Source of the DNA: a virus
DNA: 64,000 nucleotides
Direction: 5' to 3' (one strand)
IMG/VR virus record: IMGVR_UViG_3300040751_002535
Shown: positions 46,835-57,204 of the stretch, one piece after another
How positions within the stretch are numbered: position 1 is the stretch's first letter
Layout: the number at the start of each line of letters is the position of its first letter
Notes under the pieces: generated by a model
Databases searched by the model: none
Told to the model about the DNA's origin: nothing
What the model saw: the letters and a program-made list of their open reading frames with translations, nothing else
Made by a program: the position numbers and the translations under genes

Positions 46835-48042
46835 CCCAAGATTTTAAAAAACATTTTTGCATGGCGCCATGGACACACATGAGCGTATGGCAAAACGGTG
46901 ATGCATATCCTTGTTGTATATACCACTGGGATATGCCTATTGGTAACATCAACGAAGCTGGGTTTAAAGGTGCATGGAACAGTGAAAAGATGCGTGACTT
47001 GCGTATGCGTATGTTAAACAACGAACCAAGCGAAGGATGCAAAAAGTGTATCAACTATGACGACCAAGGTATTATCAGTTATAGACACAAGTTCAATACC
47101 GAATACGATCATCATTACAACTTAGTAGAAACAACCAGCGACGACGGCAGTGTAGAACAAATGAACCTTGCTTACTTTGATGTAAGGTTTAGTAATCTAT
47201 GCAACATGAAATGCCGTAGTTGTGGTCCACATTTCAGCAGCAAGTGGGCAGAAGATATTTCAGGTAAGCCCGAAGTTGTAGAAATCAATCATCCAGAAAT
47301 GTGGGACGAGATTGAAGAAATGTTGCCCACTATAGAAGAAGTTTATTTTACTGGCGGCGAAAGCCTGTTTATGGAGCAGCATTATAGGCTGCTGGATATG
47401 CTTATAGAGCGTGGACTCAAACCGAGATTAACATACAACAGCAATGCTAGTAGATTGAGCCTCAAAGGCAAACACATAAAAGATTACTGGCAGCACTTTG
47501 ATAAAATATTCTTTTGTGTGAGTTGTGATCAAATAGGCATCAAAGCTGAATACACACGGGCTGGACAAAAGTGGAGTACAGTATTTGATAACTTGTGCTG
47601 GATACGTGATAACTTTGAACACAGCTATGACAAGGGTGTAGTTATACAACCTAATCCAACTATCAGTGTATTGAACATATTAGATTTGCGTAAGATTATC
47701 AACTTCTTGTTTGAACACAATATACCCACTGACTACGATATCAATCTCAGCAACTTGCTAGTTGGACCTGACTGGCTTAGTATTACAATACTACCTGATC
47801 ACATAAAACAACTGGCTAAAGAAAACATAATATTATTAAAAGAAGATATTGATAAGTTGAATATGTATCCACAACGTAAAGAGTTTTTGCACACAGGACT
47901 AGACAATATCATAAACTTCATGTATAGTAAAGATGACAGTCATCTGATTCCTGCATTTAGGAATGAAATGCAGAAAATAGATTTAAAACGTGGTGAAAAC
48001 TTTCTCAACGTATTTCCAGAACTAAAGGACTTGTATGTCTAA
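46831..48042 (+). CDS. Radical SAM enzyme with N-terminal twitch/SPASM-like domain (rSAM-1)
   Basis: FCMAPW...PCC, CKKC, CNMKCRSC, FTGGE. Confidence 0.9.
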   Translation: MTQDFKKHFCMAPWTHMSVWQNGDAYPCCIYHWDMPIGNINEAGFKGAWNSEKMRDLRMRMLNNEPSEGCKKCINYDDQGIISYRHKFNTEYDHHYNLVETTSDDGSVEQMNLAYFDVRFSNLCNMKCRSCGPHFSSKWAEDISGKPEVVEINHPEMWDEIEEMLPTIEEVYFTGGESLFMEQHYRLLDMLIERGLKPRLTYNSNASRLSLKGKHIKDYWQHFDKIFFCVSCDQIGIKAEYTRAGQKWSTVFDNLCWIRDNFEHSYDKGVVIQPNPTISVLNILDLRKIINFLFEHNIPTDYDINLSNLLVGPDWLSITILPDHIKQLAKENIILLKEDIDKLNMYPQRKEFLHTGLDNIINFMYSKDDSHLIPAFRNEMQKIDLKRGENFLNVFPELKDLYV

Positions 48043-49243
48043 ACAACTTAAAAACAGCAAACACTTTTGTATGATGCCGTGGACGCATATGCATTTGTGG
48101 CCTGCTGGCACAACATATCCTTGCTGTATGAGTGATCCAGAGTTTCCTATTGGAAATACACAAGAGCAGAGTTTGCAAGAAATATGGAACGGCAAAGAAC
48201 TACGCAATATACGTATGAACATGCTACAGGACAAGCCAAGCAAAGAATGTAGACGTTGCTACGAACTAGAAGAAAACGGCATGAGTACATTGCGTACCGG
48301 TAGTATTGGAAACTATGCACACCATTGGGACAAAGTTGAAGCAACCAGCGATGATGGTAGTGCAGGCGATGTTAACATGGCATATATGGACATACGCTTT
48401 AGTAATCTTTGCAATCTTAAATGTCGCAGTTGTGGTCCACAGTTTAGCAGCAGTTGGTTTGAAGATCACAAAGTAACACACGGTGATCCAGGACATCCTA
48501 AGATACTCCAAGTACGTGATGAAATGAAAAGTTTTATGGACGAGCTTGATCCGTTGTTGGAAAGTGTAGAACGTGTGTACTGGGCCGGCGGAGAACCGCT
48601 TATTACCAAAGAGCATTACAACATACTTGACAAATGGATTGCTATGGGCAAACGTGATGTTAGTATGGATTATACTACAAACTTTACACAAATGTATTAC
48701 AAAAAGAAAACAGCATTTGATTATTGGAATAAGTTTGAAAATGTTAGAGTAGCTGGTAGTTTAGATGCCAATCATGCTAGAGGTGAATACTTGCGTAAAA
48801 ATATGGTGTGGAGTGAAGTTGTACAAAACAGACGCACAATGATAGAACAATGCCCACATGTGTATTTTGAACTAACACCTACTGTGAGTGTGTACAACGT
48901 GCTTAACCTGCCTGACTTTCACAAGGAATGGATTGAAGAAGGATTGTTAGAGCCTTCTAATATACGTATCAACATATTGTTGGATCCTACATATATGCGT
49001 TTGAGTATATTGCCTCCGTGGATTAAATCTAAAGTTGCTGAAAGATATTCAGAACATATTGCATACCTAAAGCAGTTTGATAATATTGCAGGTGTCATAA
49101 ACGATTATGAAAGTATTTTAAACTTTATGGAAAAAGACCGCACAAACGAAATAAAAATGTTTAAGTTTAAAACACAACGTATAGACACTCTAAGACAGGA
49201 AAACTTGTTAGATGTGTTTCCCGAACTGGAGGGTATTTGGTAA
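48035..49243 (+). CDS. Radical SAM enzyme with N-terminal twitch/SPASM-like domain (rSAM-2)
   Basis: FCMMPW...PCC, CRRC, CNLKCRSC, AGGEP. Confidence 0.9.
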   Translation: MSKQLKNSKHFCMMPWTHMHLWPAGTTYPCCMSDPEFPIGNTQEQSLQEIWNGKELRNIRMNMLQDKPSKECRRCYELEENGMSTLRTGSIGNYAHHWDKVEATSDDGSAGDVNMAYMDIRFSNLCNLKCRSCGPQFSSSWFEDHKVTHGDPGHPKILQVRDEMKSFMDELDPLLESVERVYWAGGEPLITKEHYNILDKWIAMGKRDVSMDYTTNFTQMYYKKKTAFDYWNKFENVRVAGSLDANHARGEYLRKNMVWSEVVQNRRTMIEQCPHVYFELTPTVSVYNVLNLPDFHKEWIEEGLLEPSNIRINILLDPTYMRLSILPPWIKSKVAERYSEHIAYLKQFDNIAGVINDYESILNFMEKDRTNEIKMFKFKTQRIDTLRQENLLDVFPELEGIW

Positions 49244-51411
49244 TGGGATTTTTTGAAAAAAGAGATATTGATCCAAACAGAGAAATGCCTATAAAGCCAA
49301 CGGGTACATTAGCCGAAGATAAACACACTGCTACACTTGCTGCTATTGCAAAGTACAGCAAACCTGTACAAAAAGGTTTAGAAAATCTTGAAATAGAATA
49401 CAAAGTTAATAGACAGACTAGACTGTGTATGTGTTTGTTGCCAGAATGGGATCCTAGTTTTCCACCTTACAATACAGCAAAACTTGCTAGTGCTGTAAAA
49501 CGTGCAGGTTATGCTTGTAAAAGTTTTGATATAAATGTAGAAGCATACAATAGATTTCACAATGAAAAATGGCCTATTGATTTTGATCCTTGGGATCCAC
49601 TACGTGACTGGCACTGGCTTGAAGAACATTATTACAAAGATATTCACCCACATCTAAAACCTATACTAGATGAAAAGATCGATGAGATAGTTGAGTTTGC
49701 ACCAGATGTGGTTGGGTTTACATTGTACTATTGCAACGAAGCGCCTACAAAGTATGTAGCAGAACAACTGAAAAAGCGTATGCCAAATGTTCTAATCATG
49801 GTGGGCGGCCCTAGTACTCATGCTAGTTATTACAAGGGCGATGATTTATTTGATTATGTAGTAAACGGCGAAGGTGAACAACCATTATTGCTTGCACTAG
49901 AAAGCATAGAAAAAAAGCAAGGTGTTCAATACAACGAAAAAGAAAAAAGTATGATTATCCGGCAGCCTGAAAATCAGCGCTATAATCTAAGTACGTTGCC
50001 ACTGCCTGACTACAGCGATTTTGACTTTAGCAAGTATAAGTTTCCAAATGGTGCGCTATGTGAAATATCAAGAGGCTGTATTGCCAAGTGTACGTTCTGC
50101 GAAGAAACACACTTTTGGAAATATAGGCAGCGTAATGCACTTAGCACACTCGATGAGATTGAACATATGTACTATGAACATGGTACTAATGTATTTTGGT
50201 TTATTGATAGTTTGGTAAATGGTAATCTAAATGAACTGCGTGGATTTGTAAAAGGAGTTGCCGAAAAAGGACTAGAGATACATTGGACTGGTTATTGTAG
50301 ATGTGATGGTAGAATGGATGCTGAATACTACAAAGATCTAAAAGCAGGCGGATGCGAAGTTCTTAACTATGGTATTGAAAGCGGCAGTCAAGTTGTACTA
50401 GATGCTATGGATAAAAAAGTTACTGTACCAGAAATGGAAGCCAACTTTAGAGATGGCTATGCAGCTGGCATTGATGCAATGACCAACTGGATTGTAGGCT
50501 ATCCTAACGAAGGACATAAAGAACTTGAAGACACTCTTACTTTTATGTATAGAGTACGCAATCAAGGACTTATTGCAATCAGTCAAGGTACAGGATTTAG
50601 TGTAGGTGTAGACACCATTGTAGGACAAAACTTTGACAAGTTTAATCTGTCACCGTTTTACTATTACGATCATTGGATTACAAAAGATTATAAAATGAGT
50701 ATTGTACACAAACTCATACGTATGAAAACTTTTAGTATTTTTACAGACTTACTAAAAACAGAAAAAGTTTGCAGCAAGCCAACTCGTCCTAACTTGGCCA
50801 AGTTTCATTATGATATCAAGTTTGATAATCCTGATAACGAGTTTGATATTGAATACGATTATGATGACTTTGATTATAATATTATCAAGCCAGGCATTAG
50901 TAACTTTGCTGATAGTTTGGTAAATGAGATTTGGCCATTTTTAAGAATAGTATGGCGCACAAAAGGTGCATATAAACTACATTTAAAGTTCCGCAAAGAA
51001 TGGGAATATGAAGAATGGGGAGAGCGTAATGCTGCTCCATTGGATGCTGACTATATATTTGAAATAACAGATGATGGCAAATGGACTGCTGACTTTAAAT
51101 GGAAATATCAACAAGACGAATACAGTGATTGGGAAGACAAGTACTGGATTGAAAATGGTGCAATGCAAATGAGTCCAGATCCTTCGAGCCCTGTTTGGAG
51201 TATTATGGATTTCACCCGAGATAATAGCAATGCAGTTATTAGAGCACGTAAACTTGCATGGAAAGGTGATGCAGAGAAAAAGTCTAAAGATCCTTATAAT
51301 GCTTATGATTTTAAAAAGTTTAAGCAAGACGAAAAAGACTTTATAAGTGTACGTAATATAGACTTTAGTTTTGAATATGAATGGCAGGGCAAAGGAGACT
51401 GGAGTGAGTAA
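49243..51411 (+). CDS. Cobalamin-binding (class B) radical SAM enzyme (rSAM-3)
   Basis: PDVVGFT and VGGP...GEGE B12 domain; SRGCIAKCTFC; GIESGSQ.VL..M.K; IVGYP.E. Confidence 0.9.
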   Translation: MGFFEKRDIDPNREMPIKPTGTLAEDKHTATLAAIAKYSKPVQKGLENLEIEYKVNRQTRLCMCLLPEWDPSFPPYNTAKLASAVKRAGYACKSFDINVEAYNRFHNEKWPIDFDPWDPLRDWHWLEEHYYKDIHPHLKPILDEKIDEIVEFAPDVVGFTLYYCNEAPTKYVAEQLKKRMPNVLIMVGGPSTHASYYKGDDLFDYVVNGEGEQPLLLALESIEKKQGVQYNEKEKSMIIRQPENQRYNLSTLPLPDYSDFDFSKYKFPNGALCEISRGCIAKCTFCEETHFWKYRQRNALSTLDEIEHMYYEHGTNVFWFIDSLVNGNLNELRGFVKGVAEKGLEIHWTGYCRCDGRMDAEYYKDLKAGGCEVLNYGIESGSQVVLDAMDKKVTVPEMEANFRDGYAAGIDAMTNWIVGYPNEGHKELEDTLTFMYRVRNQGLIAISQGTGFSVGVDTIVGQNFDKFNLSPFYYYDHWITKDYKMSIVHKLIRMKTFSIFTDLLKTEKVCSKPTRPNLAKFHYDIKFDNPDNEFDIEYDYDDFDYNIIKPGISNFADSLVNEIWPFLRIVWRTKGAYKLHLKFRKEWEYEEWGERNAAPLDADYIFEITDDGKWTADFKWKYQQDEYSDWEDKYWIENGAMQMSPDPSSPVWSIMDFTRDNSNAVIRARKLAWKGDAEKKSKDPYNAYDFKKFKQDEKDFISVRNIDFSFEYEWQGKGDWSE

Positions 51412-52612
51412 TACATATTGCGTATACCCGTTTATAAACGTACACACTAACACCGATGGTAGATGTAAACTATGCTGCCATGTGTACAGTGAAGACTATA
51501 TTCAAGTAGATGGCAAAGATGCTGTACTAGGTAAAACTGACTGGTGGAACATTTGGAACGGGCAATACATGCTGGATGTTCGTGCAAAGATGCTGGCCGG
51601 TGGCAAAGTTAAAGAATGCAATCGCTGCTACGAACACGAAGAAAAAGGTTTAGAAAGCAGCAGACAATGGGCCAACAAAACATATCGTGCATCTGTAACA
51701 CACGGCAACCCTACACACTTAGAACTACGATTGGGCAACCATTGTAACCTAAAATGCAATAGTTGTTGGAGTGTGAGCAGTGATCAGATTTACAAAGAAC
51801 GTAAGAAGATACTTGCTAAAGAGTCTGTACCTAAGTGGTTAGATGACCAATGGCAACACGAGATTAAAAGTGTAGAGGAACACGATTGGGCATGGTACGA
51901 GACTCAGGAGTTTCGTGACTTTGTAGATCAAGTTGCACCTACATTAGAACGACTGTACATGACAGGTGGTGAGCCTACACTGATACAAGCAAATCAGTAT
52001 GTATTGGACAAACTAGTAGAAGCTGGTAATACAAAATGTCATGTAGCATGGACAACCAATATGACTACATGGCCAGAAGGGTTTTATGACAAACTAGATT
52101 TTTTTGACACTAGTGAAATACAGATGAGCATCGACGGTTATGGTGATCATAACATGTACATACGCTATCCAACTGATTGGAACAAGGTAGAAGAAAACTT
52201 TGACAAAGCAATGCGGTTGCCTGAAAAAGTACAACTAAAGATTTACTTTGTGTATCAAGCATGGAATGTGTTTGATGTTGACAAACTAATACGTTGGCTA
52301 GAACAAAAGCAAACAAGGCGTGTGGACTTTGTTCCTATTTTCTTAGAACATCCTGATCAACTGCACAGTTGTGTATGGCCTAGAGAACTACAGCATAATA
52401 TCATTGGAAAACTAATGATGCTGGATACAAAGCTACACCAAGATGCTGTTCAAAGAATCATTAACTACACACAGAATACTAATAAATATTCAGCAGAGAA
52501 CCTCATGAGAATGAAACAGTTCATTAGTATCAATGATAGATATCGCAAGTATAAGTTTGCAGATATTTTTCCATTACTAAATGACATATTGGAAACAGAA
52601 TGCAAGAAATAA
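51404..52612 (+). CDS. Radical SAM enzyme with N-terminal twitch/SPASM-like domain (rSAM-4)
   Basis: YCVYPF...LCC, CNRC, CNLKCNSC, TGGEP; GTG 51404 preferred over the track start 51371. Confidence 0.9.
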   Translation: MSNTYCVYPFINVHTNTDGRCKLCCHVYSEDYIQVDGKDAVLGKTDWWNIWNGQYMLDVRAKMLAGGKVKECNRCYEHEEKGLESSRQWANKTYRASVTHGNPTHLELRLGNHCNLKCNSCWSVSSDQIYKERKKILAKESVPKWLDDQWQHEIKSVEEHDWAWYETQEFRDFVDQVAPTLERLYMTGGEPTLIQANQYVLDKLVEAGNTKCHVAWTTNMTTWPEGFYDKLDFFDTSEIQMSIDGYGDHNMYIRYPTDWNKVEENFDKAMRLPEKVQLKIYFVYQAWNVFDVDKLIRWLEQKQTRRVDFVPIFLEHPDQLHSCVWPRELQHNIIGKLMMLDTKLHQDAVQRIINYTQNTNKYSAENLMRMKQFISINDRYRKYKFADIFPLLNDILETECKK

Positions 52613-53592
52613 AAGCTATTTTACCAGCTAAAGACAAATGGGTAAGCCTAGTATGGCAAGTCAACGATTGGTGCAACTTTCGTTGTACATATTGCAGCGA
52701 ATGGAACTGGGCAGGACGTAATAAAAACGATACAGATATTCCGTTGATTGTTGATACACTTGAGCGTATTATGTTACATTATAAAGCCAAAGGTTACAAG
52801 TATTTTAAACTGTATCTCAGCGGAGGCGAACCTACATTTTGGAAGGCACTTATTCCTGTTGTAGAAAAGTTTAGAGAACATGCAGAATGGCCTGGCAGTT
52901 GTGTAGGTATCAACACCAACTTTAGTAAGCCACTAAGCTGGTGGAAGGATCATCATCACTTGTTTGAAGATGTTGTTGCTAGTTATCATGCAGAATGGAG
53001 CAAAGACGACAAGTACATGGATGTTTACAAGTTCTTACAAGATAAGAAAAACTATTTGTGTAGTCGTATTATGATGCATCACGATCATTTTGAACAGTGT
53101 ATGGCATTTGGCGACAGAATAAAAAATGAGTGTGACAACTATATGATTGAGTATGCACCAGTCTATGACGAGTTACGTCCTAGCACAGATCCGTATCATT
53201 ATGACGAACCGTGGCAGATGGAGTTTTTTCAAACTAATAGTACAGTACAACAGCAGAGTATTCCTATAAAAAAAGATCCTAGTTATGCTTGGGCAAAAGT
53301 ACAATACGAAGATGATACTATAGAACCTATTGATACAAACGGCATCATTACAAACGGTAAAAACTTCTTTAAAGGTTGGTTGTGCAATATACACGAAAGT
53401 TTGCACATTCATCCTAATGGTAAAATACAACAAGCAAGTTGTGGAGTAGGACCAGTTGTTGGAAATATTGTACAAGGCGAGTTTAATACTACAATGAGTG
53501 AAGGAGTGTGGTGTCCTAAATCACATTGTCATTGTGCAGCAGACTTTAATATTAGTAAAGCAAGGCCAGAATATGCAAAACAAATTAGATAA
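52600..53592 (+). CDS. Radical SAM enzyme with C-terminal Cys cluster (rSAM-5)
   Basis: CNFRCTYC, SGGEP, GWLC...SC...CPKSHCHCAAD. Confidence 0.9.
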   Translation: MQEIKAILPAKDKWVSLVWQVNDWCNFRCTYCSEWNWAGRNKNDTDIPLIVDTLERIMLHYKAKGYKYFKLYLSGGEPTFWKALIPVVEKFREHAEWPGSCVGINTNFSKPLSWWKDHHHLFEDVVASYHAEWSKDDKYMDVYKFLQDKKNYLCSRIMMHHDHFEQCMAFGDRIKNECDNYMIEYAPVYDELRPSTDPYHYDEPWQMEFFQTNSTVQQQSIPIKKDPSYAWAKVQYEDDTIEPIDTNGIITNGKNFFKGWLCNIHESLHIHPNGKIQQASCGVGPVVGNIVQGEFNTTMSEGVWCPKSHCHCAADFNISKARPEYAKQIR

Positions 53593-54910
53593 ACTACCAA
53601 AAAACTTTTGTTACTTTAGTATGCAAGGATACAGCACACATTCGCATGGACGTACTAGACCATGTTGTTTTAGTAGAGTAGAAACTAATGCATACATGCC
53701 AGGTGTTGATGTAGATTCAGTTCCTTATTGGAAGGAACATCATAACTGGAATAGTCCTGATCTTGAAGATTTTATCAACGATCCAAAAGCCAAAGAAATA
53801 CGCAAGCAACTACTAAATGACGAAGTTCCAGACGGATGTCGTAGTTGTTTCGAACTTGAAGATCAAGGCATACGCAGTTTTAGACAAACATGGAATGAAA
53901 TATACGAAGATCAAATAGACACAACTTTAAAGCATGTTGATAATGAAGGACATTTAGATGCACAGGCTGTTACGTACTTGGATATCAGTTTGGGAAATAT
54001 TTGTAACCTAAAGTGTAGAAGTTGCAATCCGTGGGCAAGTCATCGATGGATAGAAGAAGGACCTACAGTGCCACACACTGATTGGGATGACACAGCATAT
54101 ATGATTGCCAAAATGAGCAGTGACAAGCCTTGGTTTATTAAAGCATTTGCTGAAGGATTTTTTGATGAAGTACTGCCTAATGTAAAAGTTATTAACTTTA
54201 TTGGTGGCGAACCGTTAGTGGTTGAAGAACATTATGCTTGGTTAGAACACATAGTAGACCAAGGTTGGAGTAAGGATATTGAGCTCCATTATAATACTAA
54301 TGGTACAACTATACCCGATAGACTATTAGCTATCTGGGATAAGTTTAAAGGTGTTATATTAAGTTTGAGTATAGATGCTATAGGTGATCTTGCATACTAT
54401 GTTAGACATCCTACCAAATGGAAAATAATAGAAAAGAATACAAAAAAACTAGCAGAGTTTAGTCGCACACGCAAAGGTGTTCTTGTGCATACACACGTTA
54501 CACTTAGTTTGCTAAACTTGCATGACTTGCCCAACTTGTTGGATTGGTGCAAACACCAATATGATACGTGGCACTATGAATGGGATTGGGGCAACTATGG
54601 TTATCAAAACTGTCTGCCGCATTTTAACATTGTAGATTTTCCACGTCACTTGAATATACGAAACTTACCCGAAGATCGCAAAGTGTTGATGAACAAAATG
54701 TTGGAAGAGCAACATCTCAAATACAAAAATGCCAAGTTGCCGGATTGGGAGCAGTGGGCAGTTGAAAACATTATCAACTTAAAAAATATTCTAAATCAGC
54801 CACAAGATGAAACAGACTGGAAACACTTTATTGATAATACCAATGCTAGTGACAAGTTTAGAAAACTCGACATTGTTGAATATATTCCGTGGATGGAGAA
54901 ATATTTTTGA
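53573..54910 (+). CDS. Radical SAM enzyme with N-terminal twitch/SPASM-like domain (rSAM-6)
   Basis: FCYF...RPCC, CRSC, CNLKCRSC, IGGEP; ATG 53573 preferred over the track start 53498. Confidence 0.9.
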   Translation: MQNKLDKLPKNFCYFSMQGYSTHSHGRTRPCCFSRVETNAYMPGVDVDSVPYWKEHHNWNSPDLEDFINDPKAKEIRKQLLNDEVPDGCRSCFELEDQGIRSFRQTWNEIYEDQIDTTLKHVDNEGHLDAQAVTYLDISLGNICNLKCRSCNPWASHRWIEEGPTVPHTDWDDTAYMIAKMSSDKPWFIKAFAEGFFDEVLPNVKVINFIGGEPLVVEEHYAWLEHIVDQGWSKDIELHYNTNGTTIPDRLLAIWDKFKGVILSLSIDAIGDLAYYVRHPTKWKIIEKNTKKLAEFSRTRKGVLVHTHVTLSLLNLHDLPNLLDWCKHQYDTWHYEWDWGNYGYQNCLPHFNIVDFPRHLNIRNLPEDRKVLMNKMLEEQHLKYKNAKLPDWEQWAVENIINLKNILNQPQDETDWKHFIDNTNASDKFRKLDIVEYIPWMEKYF

Positions 54911-55497
54911 AACTAGTAAGTTTTGGCGATGAACTAACTATAACTAAAAATAACCATGTTGACTTGTTGGCAAAGCAACTGGGCATGTCTGTGGTGAACA
55001 AAGGACTGGAAGATACCAGCAATGAAAGAATATTCAACGATGTTGTAAAGTTTATATGTGAAAACAACACAAGTGAATATTTTTTTTTAATAGGCTGGAC
55101 ATCGCAGGCAAGGCAAGATATATTCTGGAAGGATGAATACTTTACGTATCGTCCTGACAAACGTGTGTACAATGATAACACTATTAATGGAATGCACAGA
55201 GGAGATGAAATATTATTCAATCCTATATTAAATTCTGGACAATGGGCTACTATGGCATTGTCCTTACAACAAACATTTGAGTTTCATGATTGTAAATATT
55301 TTATGTACAATACACAAGATTGTATTCATATTAGTGATTACAATGCAAAAAATATTAAAAGTTTAAAAACAACAAACTATCATAATCCGTTGAATAAAAG
55401 CAGTAGTATGAAATACTATTTAGAACAACAAAGTTTACAATCGCACACTTGGGCAGATTTTCTTTATCGTAAAATAAATGCAGGAGGTGTGCTTTGA
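54889..55497 (+). CDS. SGNH-hydrolase-like protein, degenerate
   Basis: FGDELT, SNERI and IGWTS..R. Confidence 0.5.
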   Translation: MDGEIFLKLVSFGDELTITKNNHVDLLAKQLGMSVVNKGLEDTSNERIFNDVVKFICENNTSEYFFLIGWTSQARQDIFWKDEYFTYRPDKRVYNDNTINGMHRGDEILFNPILNSGQWATMALSLQQTFEFHDCKYFMYNTQDCIHISDYNAKNIKSLKTTNYHNPLNKSSSMKYYLEQQSLQSHTWADFLYRKINAGGVL

Positions 55498-56225
55498 AAT
55501 ATCTAGTTGCATTTGGATGTAGTCATACCAATGGCAGCATGTTAGACGGAAAAAACAGTGCCAGTGAATACAATGTGCGCAACGGGTTTCCAGCTATGCT
55601 TGCAAAGCGTCATGGATATGAGCTGATTAATATAAGCAAACCCGGTGGCAGCAATCAACACATATTTCGTACAGTATTAGACTTTGTAAATAATCATATG
55701 GAAGACCAATATGATTATTTGTTTTTAATAAACTGGTCGGGTGCTAATAGAATAGAACTACGCTATCCTGAAAAGAATGATCTACACAACTATGTACATT
55801 ATGGAGATCATCTTGACTTTAAAAGTGTTCCATTTACTGTAGGTATTAAACCTAGTATCTATACATATAAACCTATTGTGCATTTAATCAAATACATTCC
55901 TTATTTGTTTGATGACAATATGATGTTTGATAAATGGGCAACTTATGCTTACAGTTTGCAATGTATTCTAAAGAAAAATAATATACAATATCTAATGAGC
56001 AACACATGTGAAGGACTAAAATCAACAGAATACAATGCTAATGTTATAAACAAGTTGGATACATTACACTATCCACATATCAGCAGCGAAAAAGATGCAA
56101 TGGTTACATGGTTGTTGAATCAAGGTGTTAAAAAAACACCTTGTTGGCATTTTAGAGAAGATGGACATGCATTGTGGGCAGATAGATTAGAAACATATCT
56201 CAAGGAGCTAGGGTATGTTGAATAG
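55494..56225 (+). CDS. SGNH-hydrolase-like protein
   Basis: FGCSHTNG, GGSN..IFR, INWS...R and HF..DGH..WA. Confidence 0.65.
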   Translation: MKYLVAFGCSHTNGSMLDGKNSASEYNVRNGFPAMLAKRHGYELINISKPGGSNQHIFRTVLDFVNNHMEDQYDYLFLINWSGANRIELRYPEKNDLHNYVHYGDHLDFKSVPFTVGIKPSIYTYKPIVHLIKYIPYLFDDNMMFDKWATYAYSLQCILKKNNIQYLMSNTCEGLKSTEYNANVINKLDTLHYPHISSEKDAMVTWLLNQGVKKTPCWHFREDGHALWADRLETYLKELGYVE

Positions 56226-57204
56226 AAATATAGTAAGCAAAAACTTTAGATATCGTAGTAATGAGTTTAACTTTCGATTGGGCTTTCCTGAAGAAAAAAC
56301 TGTAAAAATAGGATCATTATACACTCGTATTGATTATTGGAAAAATGTTTACTTCAATCTCTTAAAACTCAAACCATTTGATAATATAATGTTCTATATG
56401 AATCAAAGTGGATTTGATACATTTGCAATGATATTGGCTGCTACCGAACTTGATTTAAACATAGTTTCATCAAATCCTGATTTACTAATACACACACTTC
56501 CTGATACAACACTAGATACCAAAGGATTTAATAAGCATCGAAACTATAGTTATCATGATTTGTCAGATCATAAGTTTGACAGTGTTGTAGAATATACACA
56601 AACAGGAACTTCAACAATACTAGGTAAGACAAAAATACCAACAATAACTATACACGGAAATGTTCTGCACACAAAATATGATATTCAACCTGAGCTAATT
56701 ATAGACTTTATGCTGCCGGCATTGATGAATGATGCTGTTGAAACACACACCTGCCTAGGATTCAATGATGTCGTCGAAGGTATGCATCGGATATTAAAAG
56801 TTGTGCAAATGCAAGGCATCAACTGTGTTCTTGTGCCATCTATTGAAACTTGCTATAGTTTTGTTGAAGTAGCATTGTTAAAAAGTATTAACATTAATAA
56901 CTTGCGCATCAACTGTTGGGACAATGGCCTTATAACACCTGTTGTTAATCCTGAAACTATCAACTACAACGATCTCGATGACTTGCCCAGTAAATATCGC
57001 ATCAAAGGAAAAATATTAAGAGATGTCACCGAAGATAAAATATATTTTCAGTTTGTAAAGCCTGTTGATAAAAGTATAGCCAAAATAAAAGTTTCTGCTA
57101 TGAATGCCGAAGTCAAACGTAGAACAGGAAAAAAAATAAGCAAGTGGGCATATGCACAAGGGCCCGATGACGAAACATTAATTTTGTTTAGGAATCTAGA
57201 ATGA
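56215..57204 (+). CDS. Hypothetical protein, possibly a degenerate AMP-binding fold
   Basis: Operonic ORF; only a weak YTQTGTS motif. Confidence 0.5.
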   Translation: MLNRNIVSKNFRYRSNEFNFRLGFPEEKTVKIGSLYTRIDYWKNVYFNLLKLKPFDNIMFYMNQSGFDTFAMILAATELDLNIVSSNPDLLIHTLPDTTLDTKGFNKHRNYSYHDLSDHKFDSVVEYTQTGTSTILGKTKIPTITIHGNVLHTKYDIQPELIIDFMLPALMNDAVETHTCLGFNDVVEGMHRILKVVQMQGINCVLVPSIETCYSFVEVALLKSININNLRINCWDNGLITPVVNPETINYNDLDDLPSKYRIKGKILRDVTEDKIYFQFVKPVDKSIAKIKVSAMNAEVKRRTGKKISKWAYAQGPDDETLILFRNLE